A stretch of 64,000 bases of DNA from Nitrospirales bacterium. GTDB taxonomy: Bacteria > Nitrospirota > Nitrospiria > Nitrospirales > UBA8639. Shown here one piece after another: positions 62,878 through 64,000 of this stretch. Under the pieces are notes generated by a model. The model saw nothing but the letters and a program-made list of their open reading frames with translations. It had not been told where the DNA came from and did no database searches. The stretch's first letter is position 1. The number at the start of each line of letters is the position of its first letter. The stretch spans positions 2,560,001 through 2,624,000 of the forward strand of contig CBDBCZ010000018.1 of the NCBI GenBank assembly GCA_965203295.1. The letters are read 5' to 3'. Position numbers and translations under genes: made by a program.

Positions 62878-63173
62878 CATCCTAGATGTTTCTGGATGTA
62901 GCGATCGCGTTGTGCGGAAGTTAAGGTTGGCGGTATACTGGCAGCGACAGAACAAATCTTCTTCGACTCCTTCACCCCAAACCTAGCTACAAGCCATGCC
63001 ATAAATTCCTCTGGACTAAGGCTGCGCAATGGAGCTACACCGATATCACTTAGTGTCACTTCACTCAGTGATGGACGAGCCGCGGTTATTGTAGAAATGG
63101 ACAACTCTTCCGTTCGGACAAGTACCTCGGCTTCCGACAGGTCTCTAGGGAGCTTTCGCTTCTTTCCAGCCAT
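62878..63173 (-). CDS. Possible N-terminal ORF/first exon of unknown protein
   Basis: MAGKKRKLPRDLSEAEVLVRTEEL...QRDRYIQKHLGW has a natural composition, an NLS-like start and a good ACCATGG context, then runs into the minisatellite. Confidence 0.35.
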
Positions 63174-64000
63174 GGTTCCTTAAAAATTCACACTATTAGG
63201 TAAATACCTACGTTTGAACCGAATTCTCTGAGGGTTTGAATTTGTATTTGGTTCCCGAAATAGATCTCGAGCAACGTATAACGCCTACATGCCGCGTCAC
63301 CCGCCGTTCATACATGTGGCGTCGCCCGCCGGGGGAATTTTACGAGATTGTGTGCATACAATGTATAGTATATAGCACTGCACATGCAGTCTTTTCACCG
63401 CAATCAGTGGAAGAGTGGCTGCAGCTCGCCGTTTCGCTAACCCCGGTCCCGGAGCTAGCTGACAGAAGTGAAAATCCTAGTCCAACTGCGGCTGTCCCTG
63501 CATGGGTTCTAAATCGGTAACAGAACACGCGTACGCCGGTTCGTATCGCAAGTTGCTGGTAGTTATCCGAAAAGAACTATGTCAGGTGAGTCGATTTTGC
63601 TGTCTTGAATCTTCATTAATGCATGCATATGCATGCGGTGTGCATCGTTATGGTCTGACAGCGCTATATTATAGCTGCATGCAGGGTGTAGCCTCCTCAG
63701 GAAAAAGAACAGGAAAAAAAAACAATAACAAAAAACTTTGAAACATATTGCACTAGTTCCATGCACTCCCAGCTTTCTGGTGCATAAATCAGTGGCAGAA
63801 TACATGCAGCTAGCGCTGTCAGACCATAAAATTTTAATGATTATTTTTGAACATTTTTGGTACAATATCTTAGAACTACAATTATAAGGTGATTTAAGGC
63901 AGTGCAATGGAATACTGCAAGCATGCATGTACTCTGACAAAAGCCGAGTAATTCTTAATCAATTGTGTATATCTCATCACTATATGCATATATATTCATG

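Overview
This is eukaryotic, intron-rich DNA, about 40% GC and dense in transposons. The repeat content suggests a marine invertebrate such as a demosponge (inference). Host-gene content: (1) a complete 8-exon NACA gene on the + strand (24162-46926) with an intron-split AT|G start, one homopolymer frameshift and a 14-kb TE-filled last intron; (2) a head-to-head first exon with a perfect PTS2, probably AGPS (- strand, 24039); (3) a patchwork of degraded but still spliced gene fragments in the first 18 kb (DEP domain, two AGPS exons on the opposite strand from exon 1, kinesin motor/neck) around a ~3.6-kb-armed inverted duplication. Mobile DNA includes Helitron/Helentron-type elements (one with an empty-site paralogue), LINE RT remnants, a Penelope-like element, a separate minimal hammerhead ribozyme, a piggyBac relic, pogo-, hAT-, MULE- and Academ-like MITEs, and a tRNA-Thr-derived repeat. 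The most unusual signal is a tandem/nested cluster of cassette-like elements (57.4-59.3 kb, relatives elsewhere). Each carries a long strand-specific hairpin with tandem GA/GA mismatches, most with a GNA triloop, pointing to folded-ssDNA recognition sites. Also notable are excision-like footprints (TACATGTA/TACGTA and 28-48 bp P-like palindromes) and HIRAN-like cargo in three elements. All calls were made by eye and no databases were searched.
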